From a bacterium (GTDB lineage Bacteria > Margulisbacteria > Marinamargulisbacteria > SXXA01), in assembly GCA_010028705.1 (NCBI GenBank), contig RHAI01000004.1, positions 1 through 58,781 on the forward strand: DNA of 58,781 bases. The letters are read 5' to 3'. Below the pieces are notes generated by a model. The model had not been told where the DNA came from, ran no database searches, and worked only from the letters and a program-made list of their open reading frames with translations. Positions 40,464 through 50,861 of this stretch are shown here, piece after piece (position 1 is the stretch's first letter; every line of letters begins with the position of its first letter). The position numbers and the translations under genes were made by a program.

Positions 40464-41639
40464 ATGAATTTTGCAAATATTAAAGTTATGGGAGTGGGCG
40501 GTGGCGGTGGAAACGCTGTTAACCGGATGATTGGCTCGGGGGTCCGAGGGGTCGAGTTCTGGGCTGTAAATACGGATTCTCAGGCATTAAATGTGTCGTT
40601 GGCGGAGAACAAGCTTCAGATTGGCAATAAGTTGACTAAGGGGTTGGGTGGCGGCGCTATTCCGGCGGTCGGCGAACAAGCCGCGAAGGAAAGTAAGGAA
40701 GATATCGAAGCCGCATTGCAGGGTGCGGACATGGTTTTCATTACCGCGGGCATGGGTGGTGGCACTGGAACTGGCGCGGCACCAGTTGTTGCCAAAATTG
40801 CGAAGGATTTGGGGGCGTTAACGATTGGTGTCGTGACAAAGCCATTTCGATTTGAAGGTCCGGTGCGTAATCGGCAAGGAGAGGAAGGCTTGAAGCGTCT
40901 TCGAGAACAAGTAGATGCTTTAATTGTTATTCCGAACGACAAGTTGCTGCAGGTTGTTCAGCGGATGACATCGATGTTGGATGCATTCCGGATTGCCGAC
41001 GATGTGTTGCGTCAGGGGGTTCAGGGAATCGCCGATTTAATTACTGTGCCGGGGTTGATTAATCTTGATTTTGCGGACGTAAAAACTATTATGCTTAACT
41101 CGGGATCAGCGATGATGGGGATCGGACGTGCGAGCGGTGAAAATCGAGCGACCGAGGCGGCCAATCAAGCCATCGCGTCCCCATTGCTGGAGGAAACCAT
41201 TCATGGAGCCACGGGTGTTATTTTGAACATTACCGGTGGGGAAGACCTTTCGTTGCATGAAGTGCATAATGCGGCTGACGTCATTTATGGCGCGGTTGAT
41301 CCCGATGCCAATATTTTATTTGGCTCTGTGATTGATGAGTCAATGAAAGATTCAATAATGGTAACTGTTATCGCTACTGGGTTCCGTCGCCCCGCGGTCT
41401 CACCCCAATCGGGAAGTGCCTCAGGCCTAGCTGGAATTCCTGTGATGCCCACCCCGGTCGACGTGGCGGCGGCTCAGGAAACTCCCGCCGAAACCCCAGT
41501 TCTGGTTCATGAATCACTGAGAAGCTCTTCTGTTGAGGAAAAACGAGAAGAGCGTTCCGGTTCATCGTTTTTCAGATTCGATTCGAAGGAAGAGGACTAT
41601 GATTTGGATGTTCCCTCGTTCCTTCGTAACGTTCATTAA
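40464..41639 (+). CDS. ftsZ: Cell division protein FtsZ. Start taken at the ATG at 40464, preceded by GGAGA; the ORF track's alternative start is at 40428.
   Basis: Supporting motifs are [34 protein letters not shown] and [22 protein letters not shown]. The protein resembles cyanobacterial FtsZ. Confidence 0.9.
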   Translation: MNFANIKVMGVGGGGGNAVNRMIGSGVRGVEFWAVNTDSQALNVSLAENKLQIGNKLTKGLGGGAIPAVGEQAAKESKEDIEAALQGADMVFITAGMGGGTGTGAAPVVAKIAKDLGALTIGVVTKPFRFEGPVRNRQGEEGLKRLREQVDALIVIPNDKLLQVVQRMTSMLDAFRIADDVLRQGVQGIADLITVPGLINLDFADVKTIMLNSGSAMMGIGRASGENRATEAANQAIASPLLEETIHGATGVILNITGGEDLSLHEVHNAADVIYGAVDPDANILFGSVIDESMKDSIMVTVIATGFRRPAVSPQSGSASGLAGIPVMPTPVDVAAAQETPAETPVLVHESLRSSSVEEKREERSGSSFFRFDSKEEDYDLDVPSFLRNVH

Positions 41640-41700
41640 CTCAACAGAAGAGAATTCGATCGGCCGGAGCCACTCGATAATTTTTTTCTAGGAGATTCGA

Positions 41701-43104
41701 ATGTCAAAGAATACATTGTATGACAAGGTGTGGGATGCCCACCGAGTTGTCACCTTGCCATCTGGCCAGGATCAGATCTTAATCGGCTTGCATCTCATTC
41801 ATGAGGTGACTACTCCTCAGGCGTTTTCAGCGTTAAAAGAAGCGGGTAAATCGGTTCCATTTACCCACCGTACCTTTGCGACGATGGATCATATTATCCC
41901 AACTCAATCGATTGAGCGTCCCTATTTTGATTCGCAAGCTGAGGCCATGGCCTCAGCCCTAGAAGCCAATGTGGCCCAGTACGGGATTCACTATTTCGGA
42001 CCGGATAGCGGCCATCAAGGTATTGTGCATGTGGTGGGGCCTGAAATGGGGATTACCCAACCCGGGATGACGATTGCCTGTGGTGACAGTCATACCAGTA
42101 CGCACGGGGCCTTTGGATCACTAGCATTTGGTATTGGAACTACCGAAGTTCAGCATGTGTTAGAGACCCAATCTCTAGCACTAAGTCGCCTTAAAGTAAG
42201 ACGTATCAATTTTAACGGGGTGTTACCTCAAGGGGTATACGCCAAAGATATTATTTTGAAAATTATTCAGGTGTTGGGGGTCAAGGGCGGGATTGGGTAT
42301 GCCTATGAGTTTGGTGGGGAAGTATTCGATCGCATGTCGATGGAAGAGCGCATGACCGTATGTAATATGAGTATTGAGGGTGGGGCTCGTATTGGGTACG
42401 TCAATCCGGATCAGACCACCTACGACTATATCAAGGGGCGACAATACGCACCGGGTGACGCGGAGTGGGCGACAGCTCTCGCGTACTGGGAATCCATCAA
42501 ATCATCGGCTGATGCAGAATATGATGATGTGGTGGATTTTGACGCCTCGGGGATGACTCCTATGGTGACCTGGGGAATTACCCCCGGTCAATCGATTGGG
42601 GTTGATGGCACCATTCCGCGTGAGTCCGAGGTGCCAGACGCCGAGGTACAAACGGCGAGGGATGCTGTTAAATACATGAAATTGACGCCAGGGCAGCCGA
42701 TCGAGGGGGTGGGTGTCGATGTGGTATTTATTGGGTCGTGTACTAATTCTCGAATCAGTGATCTGCGTGAAGCGGCCGCAATTTTGAACGGGAAGAAGGT
42801 TCACCCTAAGGTCAAGGTCTTGGTTGTTCCCGGGAGTCAACAGGTTAAAGATCAAGCCGAAGCTGAAGGATTGAACACCGTGTTTTCGGAGGCTGGTGCC
42901 GAGTGGCGAAACCCGGGGTGTAGTATGTGTTTAGCGATGAATCCGGATCAATTGGTGGGCGATCAAATATGTGCATCGACCAGTAATCGCAATTTTATGG
43001 GTCGACAGGGAAGTCCAACGGGTCGGACCTTGCTAATGAGCCCAGCGATGGCCGCGGCGGCCGCGATTACGGGATACGTCACAGACGTCCGGAAGTGGAT
43101 ATAA
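41701..43104 (+). CDS. leuC: 3-isopropylmalate dehydratase large subunit
   Basis: 467 aa aconitase-family protein with Cys ligands ([16 protein letters not shown]). Confidence 0.9.
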   Translation: MSKNTLYDKVWDAHRVVTLPSGQDQILIGLHLIHEVTTPQAFSALKEAGKSVPFTHRTFATMDHIIPTQSIERPYFDSQAEAMASALEANVAQYGIHYFGPDSGHQGIVHVVGPEMGITQPGMTIACGDSHTSTHGAFGSLAFGIGTTEVQHVLETQSLALSRLKVRRINFNGVLPQGVYAKDIILKIIQVLGVKGGIGYAYEFGGEVFDRMSMEERMTVCNMSIEGGARIGYVNPDQTTYDYIKGRQYAPGDAEWATALAYWESIKSSADAEYDDVVDFDASGMTPMVTWGITPGQSIGVDGTIPRESEVPDAEVQTARDAVKYMKLTPGQPIEGVGVDVVFIGSCTNSRISDLREAAAILNGKKVHPKVKVLVVPGSQQVKDQAEAEGLNTVFSEAGAEWRNPGCSMCLAMNPDQLVGDQICASTSNRNFMGRQGSPTGRTLLMSPAMAAAAAITGYVTDVRKWI

Positions 43105-43114
43105 GGACATAGCA

Positions 43115-43729
43115 ATGACAATAGTAAAACAAATCAGTGGGTCTATGGTCTCAATACCCGGTAACGATATTGATACGGATCGGATAATTCCAGCTCGGTA
43201 CCTCAAGGAAATTACTTTTGAACGAATGGGGGACTACCTTTTTGCGGATGCTCGCTATAATCCGGATGGAACCCTAACCGATCATCCATTAAATGATCCG
43301 CGATACGTGTCGGCATCGATTATGGTTGTGGGGCGGAATTTCGGGTGTGGGTCGTCACGTGAGCATGCCCCGCAATCGATCAAGCGGTACGGAATACGCG
43401 CGTTGATAGGCGAGTCCTTTGCAGAAATATTTGCCGGTAATTGCATGTCATTGGGGATGCCCGCGGTATCGGTGACGCCAGATGTGAGACAGGAACTCGA
43501 GGGACTGTTAAGCGATCATCCAACTATCGAGGCAATGATTGATTTGGATGATATGGTGGTACGGGTTGGGACACGCGATTACCCGATCACCCTCCCGGCC
43601 GCTCGACGACATGCTTTTTTGAACGGTACCTGGAATTTTTCCGCTCTATTGTCGGCGAATAGTGACCTCGTTAAAGCGACGGCCGCTCGGTTACCATATA
43701 TGAACGCCTTTCGGGGACCCAATGCCTAG
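43115..43729 (+). CDS. leuD: 3-isopropylmalate dehydratase small subunit
   Basis: 204 aa. It has GRNFGCGSSREHAP. Confidence 0.85.
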   Translation: MTIVKQISGSMVSIPGNDIDTDRIIPARYLKEITFERMGDYLFADARYNPDGTLTDHPLNDPRYVSASIMVVGRNFGCGSSREHAPQSIKRYGIRALIGESFAEIFAGNCMSLGMPAVSVTPDVRQELEGLLSDHPTIEAMIDLDDMVVRVGTRDYPITLPAARRHAFLNGTWNFSALLSANSDLVKATAARLPYMNAFRGPNA

Positions 43730-45149
43730 ATTGGTTCCTATCCAACGTATTCAGCGAGTGCTCATCGTGCGACCCGATGCCATTGGTGACATGGTACTAA
43801 CGGTGCCCTGTATCCGAGCGATCAAAGCCGCATATCCGCACTGGCATATTACTGTACTCGCATCGCCTTACAACTCTCGGATAGTCCGGCATATTCCTGA
43901 AATTGACGATATACTTTTGGATTGGAAGCGCAATGGGAAAATTAATTCGTTTTGGGATAAGTTGCACTTCATTCGGTACTTACGATCCCGAAAGTTCGAC
44001 CTAGCCATTCATTTCTACTCCGAGACGGAAACCGTGTGGCCATGTGTGTTTGCAGGTATTCCGTATCATATCGGGGATACCGCAAAAATTGGGTTGTGGC
44101 CGGTGTTTCGAAAGTATGGCACTTTCCTCAAAACGTTTGACCAAACCAAGCATGTGGTTGAGTACAATTTTCAGTTATTACGGGCGTTGGGAATTTCATT
44201 AGATCCAGAGAGCAAAATCGATATTCCGTTACCGCCGGGAGAAAGTGAGCGTGCTGAGCTGCTGTTAACCCAGGAAGGGCGTCGGGCAGGCGTCCCATTA
44301 ATCGGTATTCAAATCGGCGTTGGGTATGGAAATCGACCGATTGAACCTGAAAAATATGCGGAATACATTAACGCGTTGCGTCAGAAAACTGACCTGGACG
44401 TATGGGTTTCCCCGTACTCTGAAAAAGAAAAAGTATTTACAGCCCGCTTTCTCAGTCACCTAAACGGTCCAGCGCTGGTAATTCCAGATACCCCAATTAC
44501 GACTTTAATGGGTCTGATCAGTCATTCCGATGTGTTTGTCAGTGTCGACACGGGACCGTTTCACTTGGGTGTGGGGTTGGGAGTTCCAATGTTGGCTATA
44601 TTTCCATCTCGGAAAGTGAAACCGACCCGTTGGGCGCCGTGGCGCAATCGCCATTTTGTCGTTCGGGAGAGTCAAACCTGTTCATATTTTTGTCCCCATG
44701 AAGGATGTGTTCGGACCATTTGCTCGGACAACATTCGGGTAACGGATATGGTGGATAAAACCCTGGCTCTACTCGATGGGAAGGGAGTTCAATCCGCATC
44801 AGATCAATTTAATCTGTGGTTTCGTGCGAGTATGTCGGTGTTGTTGCTCGAAGATACACAGTCTACGTATTTGGCGTCACAATTTGAGCATGAATTGAAG
44901 ACTCAGGGTATTCGCGTGATACGACGCGATGTTTTGGCACCTAATTTGTTTGAAGCGTTGGTCGAAAACGACGTCACAATTATTCACAATTTTAGTCGTA
45001 AGCGGCGGTTCTATGTGGCACTCAGGGCGCGATTGGTATCGTTAAAATTATTTAATCCACCCGTGGTCATCAATCAGATTTGGACCGTTAAACACCCCGA
45101 TTCTATTCCCAATCGATATCGACGAGCCTTTGAAGAAAAACACGTATAG
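43722..45149 (+). CDS. Glycosyltransferase family 9 (heptosyltransferase-like) with a ~125-aa C-terminal extension
   Basis: The N-terminus is RVLIVRPDAIGDMVLTVPCIRAIKAAYP and the motif VSVDTGPFHLGVGLGVPMLAIF is present. The start overlaps the leuD stop. At 475 aa it is longer than the usual ~350 aa. Confidence 0.7.
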   Translation: MPRLVPIQRIQRVLIVRPDAIGDMVLTVPCIRAIKAAYPHWHITVLASPYNSRIVRHIPEIDDILLDWKRNGKINSFWDKLHFIRYLRSRKFDLAIHFYSETETVWPCVFAGIPYHIGDTAKIGLWPVFRKYGTFLKTFDQTKHVVEYNFQLLRALGISLDPESKIDIPLPPGESERAELLLTQEGRRAGVPLIGIQIGVGYGNRPIEPEKYAEYINALRQKTDLDVWVSPYSEKEKVFTARFLSHLNGPALVIPDTPITTLMGLISHSDVFVSVDTGPFHLGVGLGVPMLAIFPSRKVKPTRWAPWRNRHFVVRESQTCSYFCPHEGCVRTICSDNIRVTDMVDKTLALLDGKGVQSASDQFNLWFRASMSVLLLEDTQSTYLASQFEHELKTQGIRVIRRDVLAPNLFEALVENDVTIIHNFSRKRRFYVALRARLVSLKLFNPPVVINQIWTVKHPDSIPNRYRRAFEEKHV

Positions 45150-45152
45150 GAG

Positions 45153-45560
45153 GTGTTTATGTCAGTACTTCAAATCCCAGGATCCCCCGGCGAATTAATC
45201 GATAAAATTACTATTTTAGAAATCAAATCCACCCATATTACAGACCCCGAAAAACGGGCCAACGTTCAGTTTGAATTGGCGATGTTGAACCAGTTGTATG
45301 CCGATCATTACGATGACCAAACGGTAATTGCTGACTTGAAGTCCCAGCTGTTCGCTATCAATTCGGCGCTGTGGCAAATCGAGGATGATATTCGAGTGTG
45401 TGAACGCGCGCAGCAATTTGACCATCGATTTATTGAATTGGCTCGGGCCGTGTATGTGACCAACGATCAACGGGCAGCCGTCAAAAAGAAAATCAATATC
45501 CATCTTGAGTCGCCGATCATCGAAGAGAAATCATACGAGGAGTATTTGCCAACATCATGA
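45153..45560 (+). CDS. Hypothetical 135-aa protein
   Basis: It is tightly packed between the GT9 gene and trmH and has no recognisable motif. Confidence 0.45.
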   Translation: MFMSVLQIPGSPGELIDKITILEIKSTHITDPEKRANVQFELAMLNQLYADHYDDQTVIADLKSQLFAINSALWQIEDDIRVCERAQQFDHRFIELARAVYVTNDQRAAVKKKINIHLESPIIEEKSYEEYLPTS

Positions 45561-46228
45561 CGGCACGCATCACCCCTGAACGGCACGCTAAGTTGGACGT
45601 TATGGCGGCCAACCGTCAACGTGACCTAGTGATAGTGTTGGAAGATATTCACGATCCCCATAATGCCGAAGCCGTGTTTCGTAGTTGTGATGGATTTGGT
45701 GTCCAAACTGCGCATTTAATTTTTCAAGAGCAGCCACCATTTAATCCTCGAAAAGTCGGGAAATCGACGTCGTCGTCCGCGAATAAGTGGTTGGACTTTG
45801 AAACTTATCGATCCACAATATCCGCTATCGAACGATTGAAAAGTGACGGCTATACTCTGGTTGGAACCACGCTTCGTGAGGATGCGGTGTCGCTATATGA
45901 GGCGGATTTTTCGACTGGAAAATGGGCCATTTGGGTTGGAAATGAGCATCGTGGATTGTCGGATATTGCGCACCAGCATCTGGATATGGCCGTTACCATT
46001 CCAATGGCAGGGCTTGTTCAAAGTTTTAATCTGTCGGTTACGGCGGCCATTATGTTATTTGAAGTGACTCGCCAGCGGTATCCCCGGCGATCTGAATTTT
46101 TAGTCAATGCCACTGAACACGCCGAATTAATGGATCGGTTGGTAAGTCGGAGTCGCCCCCAATCGACACCCCCGAAACTTACCCCTGGATCGGTTCCTGT
46201 CTTGGGCCAATTTGGGGGCGTGTCGTGA
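45557..46228 (+). CDS. trmH: SpoU/TrmH-family tRNA/rRNA 2'-O-methyltransferase
   Basis: It has DLVIVLEDIHDPHNAEAVFRSCDGFGV and a SPOUT C-terminus (WVGNEHRGLS...FNLSVTAAI). The ATGA overlaps the upstream stop. Confidence 0.75.
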   Translation: MTARITPERHAKLDVMAANRQRDLVIVLEDIHDPHNAEAVFRSCDGFGVQTAHLIFQEQPPFNPRKVGKSTSSSANKWLDFETYRSTISAIERLKSDGYTLVGTTLREDAVSLYEADFSTGKWAIWVGNEHRGLSDIAHQHLDMAVTIPMAGLVQSFNLSVTAAIMLFEVTRQRYPRRSEFLVNATEHAELMDRLVSRSRPQSTPPKLTPGSVPVLGQFGGVS

Positions 46229-46914
46229 ATTGCTCGCAGTCACCCTTACTGACGCCCCTGCTGGTCTTTGATTTAGATGGTACTTTGGTGGATACCGTGG
46301 GCGATATTGGCCTGGCTTTAAATAAAGCCCTGGATAATTTTTCCTTGCCAGCTATGAATCGTACCGACGTGATCAATGCGATAGGCGATGGGGTTGATGA
46401 TATGTTGCGGCTTGCGGTGGGGCCCAATTCTTCGGTCAGCATTTCGGAGTTTCGAGCGGTGTATCGTGAGCATTATCACGGTCAAACCGACGCAAATTCT
46501 CGGTTATTTCCCGAAGTCGACACTGTTCTAAAGGCATTGATTTCGGATGGGTATACCTTAGCGGTATTGACCAATAAGCCGGAGTTGCCGGCTCGGCGGG
46601 TATTGGGGCATTTTGGGATCGCCGAGTATTTTTCCATTATTGCCGGTCCTGACACCTACCAGTCGACCAAGCCGTCACCGGACGGATTATTGAGCATTAT
46701 TCAGGACAGCGGGATCATCCCATCACGCGCCGTGATGATTGGGGACGGGGATACTGATGTCCGAGCGGGGAAGGCGGCGGGGACATTCACGATCTCTGTT
46801 ACCTATGGCTATCGTTCGGAATCAGTATTGGAGAGCTATAATCCTGATGCGGTGTGTCGCTCGCTAATCGACGTTTTGGATGTTGTCCGATTGTGGAACA
46901 CGACGAGCCGTTAA
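46225..46914 (+). CDS. HAD-family hydrolase (phosphoglycolate-phosphatase-like)
   Basis: It has LVFDLDGTLVDT motif I, a GDGDTDVRAG motif and a GTGA start overlap. Confidence 0.75.
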   Translation: MNCSQSPLLTPLLVFDLDGTLVDTVGDIGLALNKALDNFSLPAMNRTDVINAIGDGVDDMLRLAVGPNSSVSISEFRAVYREHYHGQTDANSRLFPEVDTVLKALISDGYTLAVLTNKPELPARRVLGHFGIAEYFSIIAGPDTYQSTKPSPDGLLSIIQDSGIIPSRAVMIGDGDTDVRAGKAAGTFTISVTYGYRSESVLESYNPDAVCRSLIDVLDVVRLWNTTSR

Positions 46915-48210
46915 ACGCCATTGAGCCCAATCGGATAACTCGGCCGAAATTTGAGCTTCGTGTCCCACCGGCTTCGGCGTATAAAATGTGGTGGACTCAC
47001 TCCACAATGGTTGGGGGGATCGAGCGGGGACGTTCCTGTGCGGATAGTCATAGGTGATGCCGTTTTTGGCGGTCGATGGACTGCGTAGATACGGCGGTAC
47101 GGGTTCGATATGTCCCTGATCCACCCACTCTAACGCGGCATTTATTGCGGAGTAGCATGCGTTGCTTTTAGGTGCAGTGGCACAAAATATCACGGCCTGC
47201 CCGAGTGTGATTCTAATTTCAGGCATGCCGATGGTTTCGGTTGCTGTAAATGTGGCAACGGCCAGTGGTAACGCACTCGGGTCCGCGTTCCCGATATCTT
47301 CGGAGGCAAATACAACGAGTCGTCGGGCGATAAATCGGGGATCCTCACCCCCACGAAGGAGACGTGCCAGCCAATATAGGGCGGCGTCTGGATCCGACGC
47401 ACGCATACTTTTGATCAATGCAGATATGAGGTCGTAATGGGCATCGGTCGTATGGGCGATACCCGAACTCTGGCTCCAATCGGTAATTATACTGTCGGTA
47501 ATTGAGCCGCAGTCGAGTAGTAATGTGTAGTCCACCAGGTTGAGCAGTTTTCGGGCATCACCACCGCAGTGGCGGATGGCCAACTCAACGGCATCAGGAG
47601 TCCATGGCGCACTGGATCCAGATTTTTTGAGGGCGCGCTTGAGGAGCTTCTCCATGTCTTCCGAGGAATACGCGGATAATTCGATGACCTGGCATCGTGA
47701 CAGTAATCCGGGAATCACTGAGAAAAATGGATTTTCGGTGGTTGCGCCAATGAGCGTAATGACTCCGCGCTCGACATCGGGGAGTAGGGCGTCCTGTTGG
47801 GTTTTGCTAAATCGGTGGATTTCATCGATAAATACAATCGTTCGTTGATGGGGCACCGCTTTGGCGGAATCGATGGCGGCCTTGATGTCCGACAACTTAC
47901 TTTGAACGGCATTGAGTGCAATACATTCACTCCGGGTGGTTCGAGATATTAGCCGTGCTAACGATGTTTTGCCACACCCGGGGGGACCCCAAAAAATGAG
48001 GCTAGCCAACCGGTCGGTATCGATCATTTTTCGAAGGGGTTTGTCTGGCCCAACCACTGACGCATGGCCGATATAATCGTTCCAGGATAGCGGCGCTAGT
48101 CGGAAGGCCAGGGGCCGTCGGTTTTTGGATGATTCCTGAAATAGCGGAAACTGGTTCATGACGACGATGAGACTCCGTTGTGTGTAATGAGCGACGGCGG
48201 CGTGTTCCAC
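46864..48210 (-). CDS. rarA: Replication-associated recombination protein A (RarA/MgsA AAA+ ATPase)
   Basis: It has FWGPPGCGKTSLARLIS, a MgsA C-terminal domain, and a convergent 51-nt overlap with the HAD gene. Confidence 0.85.
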   Translation of the reverse strand: MEHAAVAHYTQRSLIVVMNQFPLFQESSKNRRPLAFRLAPLSWNDYIGHASVVGPDKPLRKMIDTDRLASLIFWGPPGCGKTSLARLISRTTRSECIALNAVQSKLSDIKAAIDSAKAVPHQRTIVFIDEIHRFSKTQQDALLPDVERGVITLIGATTENPFFSVIPGLLSRCQVIELSAYSSEDMEKLLKRALKKSGSSAPWTPDAVELAIRHCGGDARKLLNLVDYTLLLDCGSITDSIITDWSQSSGIAHTTDAHYDLISALIKSMRASDPDAALYWLARLLRGGEDPRFIARRLVVFASEDIGNADPSALPLAVATFTATETIGMPEIRITLGQAVIFCATAPKSNACYSAINAALEWVDQGHIEPVPPYLRSPSTAKNGITYDYPHRNVPARSPQPLWSESTTFYTPKPVGHEAQISAELSDWAQWRLTARRVPQSDNIQNVD

Positions 48211-48303
48211 CGTGCCTTGACTACTTATTGTACTGTAAACCAGGGCTCAGATGAATGAAACCGGTATCGGCCGGCGTTCACTGGCTGGAGGTGGGGTGAT
48301 TCG

Positions 48304-50370
48304 TTACTGAAAATACGCCGAAAACCGCTCCCACCATGTGAGGGGGGTGTTGGCCGTCTGTAGTATCTGGGTAGCGCAACCGTTCCACCGAGCCACGTGA
48401 TTCCGATCCTGATCACTGATCGTATCTTTTACTTTGTAAAAGGCATTTGGACCAAAATATATGGGCTCGTTGTCCCCCCAAAAATTTTTGACGGCTGTCC
48501 TTGGAATTCCAAACAAAAAGCCACTAATCTGACTTTGTTCCGCGACACGTACATTTTCATTTTCTAAAATATCTAGCGTATTTTCGAGGGAATGTGATTG
48601 CCCCAGAGTGGCGTTAAATACCGCCTGCGCGGGTTCCCGATTCACCAAAAATATTGAAAATGTTACCAAACTCGGAGTGGGCTTAATCGCAACTCTAACA
48701 AAGCAGTCAATATGAGGCATTACCTGCGATATTCGGGGTTCGAGATAGGATAAAAATCCTAGCACCTGTATGGTATCAGTTTCTGGCAGGTGGGGTATCA
48801 ATTTATAGTCTTCTCGACACATTATTCGCAGTCCCATGAGTACGTCTGCGTTGCGCGAAAACATGTCTCTCACGATCGATTGGATTTTCTGTACGTGATC
48901 GGGATTTATGGGACGTCTCTGACTGTATAAATCGCTGAGTGCATGGAGCACCGATCGGGTGTCCTGAAATGGTCGATGCTCCAGCTCTGTTCCAAGTGTC
49001 GTCCACTCGGTATAAGGGTTGAAATTACTATGGCCCAAAATGGACTGAATAATCGATTTTCCCTTAGGGGCGAAACTGGGAAGTTCATCCCGATATGCAT
49101 CCCATTGATTGGTTATCCAAGTGTCCATTCTTGCCATGAAGCTTTTGGCTTGGTGTACTGATATCGGATTATCAAAATACGGTGTGTGTTGGTCGAAAAT
49201 AATCTCTGCACAATCGGTGTTAGACGGAATTTTGGTGTTCCCAATTGGGTGCCCATTAATCCGGAATCGATAGGTCTGATCCGGTAATGTCTCAACCGAT
49301 GGCTCGAATTTAAATGGAAAAGGGAACACGATCGGATGTTCAGACGACGTGCCGCCGGTAAAACGATGCAGCCCTTGTTTAAACTGTCCATTTTCAAATC
49401 GCCCGTGAAATGTTTGTCCACGGCTCGGTAGGGTCAGCGATTCATTTTCCCCGTGTAATTGATTCTTTATCCAATGGCCCACCTCGATCTTGTCTGACCT
49501 TTCGAGTCGGGTACCAGCGATAAACGAATCGCTATTAAACAGGCCCGATTCGACTACGTGGTGGGTACTGAAATTGGCAGATCCGATAAAATGACGGGTA
49601 TAGACGCCGTTGGACCATCCCAAAAATCCGGCGTATGAGTATCCATCGGACGTTATGTTGCCAAAAAATACCCGGCCGGCCACGGCATATCCGGTCGTGA
49701 CGCTCTGCCCCTGCTCGATCGTTGTTTTGGGAAACAATCTAAACCAACTTGCATAGTCGTGATTTGTTTGTGGGCGGTAAGGATCAAAACATTTTGGATC
49801 CGGAATGCAGTCGTTGCTTTCACGAGTTTGAGTGACCGGCGTTCCACAGAATATCCCATTTTTTTCATGACATCGAATTCCATCGTCTAATGCTCCGCCC
49901 GAAAACCGTCCTTTTTCGACGATTAATTCAGTTCGTGAAATCCTCTCGCCAGCCTCAAACCGTGAATCCACAAATTGTCCAATCTCGATATAGTCTGTAT
50001 CGACGGCCACGCCGTTCCCATTGAGTTCATTGTCGTGGAATTCGCCACTACGAATATCGGTGGCTTTGGGATATACCCGAATGCCCACTCCTTCTAACCG
50101 GTGATCGATTATTTGGCCATAATCGTATCCGCCCCCCGGATATGTCACTGTTTTAAAGTCGTCCAACGAATACGGTTCAAATTTCACGTGATGGGGCATT
50201 GGGGAAACTCCGTCCATCATGAGCTCTAATTGGCGACTCGCGGTCTGAGAGGCGGCGATTTTGGAGGCTACGCCAACCCACACCAACCCTTTTAGAACGG
50301 GGGGTAACCTGAACGTAGTCTGTGGTTGACGGGTTTGGCGTGGGGAATCTTCACTCAATGGGTTCGGCAT
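48304..50370 (-). CDS. Hypothetical ~688-aa protein of unknown function. The start is probably the ATG at 50370, which has an AGGAGA RBS; the ORF track extended to the TTG at 50400.
   Basis: A long ORF with no recognisable domain and no obvious signal peptide. It is preceded by a ~490-nt noncoding leader. Confidence 0.5.
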   Translation of the reverse strand: MPNPLSEDSPRQTRQPQTTFRLPPVLKGLVWVGVASKIAASQTASRQLELMMDGVSPMPHHVKFEPYSLDDFKTVTYPGGGYDYGQIIDHRLEGVGIRVYPKATDIRSGEFHDNELNGNGVAVDTDYIEIGQFVDSRFEAGERISRTELIVEKGRFSGGALDDGIRCHEKNGIFCGTPVTQTRESNDCIPDPKCFDPYRPQTNHDYASWFRLFPKTTIEQGQSVTTGYAVAGRVFFGNITSDGYSYAGFLGWSNGVYTRHFIGSANFSTHHVVESGLFNSDSFIAGTRLERSDKIEVGHWIKNQLHGENESLTLPSRGQTFHGRFENGQFKQGLHRFTGGTSSEHPIVFPFPFKFEPSVETLPDQTYRFRINGHPIGNTKIPSNTDCAEIIFDQHTPYFDNPISVHQAKSFMARMDTWITNQWDAYRDELPSFAPKGKSIIQSILGHSNFNPYTEWTTLGTELEHRPFQDTRSVLHALSDLYSQRRPINPDHVQKIQSIVRDMFSRNADVLMGLRIMCREDYKLIPHLPETDTIQVLGFLSYLEPRISQVMPHIDCFVRVAIKPTPSLVTFSIFLVNREPAQAVFNATLGQSHSLENTLDILENENVRVAEQSQISGFLFGIPRTAVKNFWGDNEPIYFGPNAFYKVKDTISDQDRNHVARWNGCATQILQTANTPLTWWERFSAYFQ

Positions 50371-50861
50371 CGTATCTCCTGGTATTCGATTGTGTATCAA
50401 AACTCATGACATCGGTTAACTTAATATGTTATCGAAAAAAATATTCAGTAAATTTCATTTTTTTTTCATGGCCTAACGACTGGTATGAAATCGGCAGGCT
50501 ATCAGCGCTTTGTTGCGAAATGCTCCATCTGCCCCATTTTCGCTCTTCTCATATCGCTCCGCTCCACCACGTCGAGCGAGAAACGGCGCATCTGAATTAT
50601 TTGGCAACATCGCTGTTTCTGAAAATAAGCCATTTTGCAACAGGCCCATAAGGAGCCACCTCTGGCGTTACCGCTCCGTGTCGACTCACTCGATTTTCGG
50701 GTCGATTGATTTAATCCGAACTGCACTCGATCAACGCGCTAACGCACCGACCTTAGCGAGGCATTGGAATGTTTACTAAGTTCTCGACTCTACCGTTTGG
50801 TGGGTCTCAACGATTCTTAACGAACAGATTACTCACGCATCCGGATAGTCACTTGTCCACT

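Noticed and set aside
50502-50779. Two overlapping ORFs (74 aa on minus, 89 aa on plus) within the long leader upstream of the 698-aa gene
   Set aside because: They have no RBS and their composition is like noncoding sequence. The region is treated as a regulatory leader instead.
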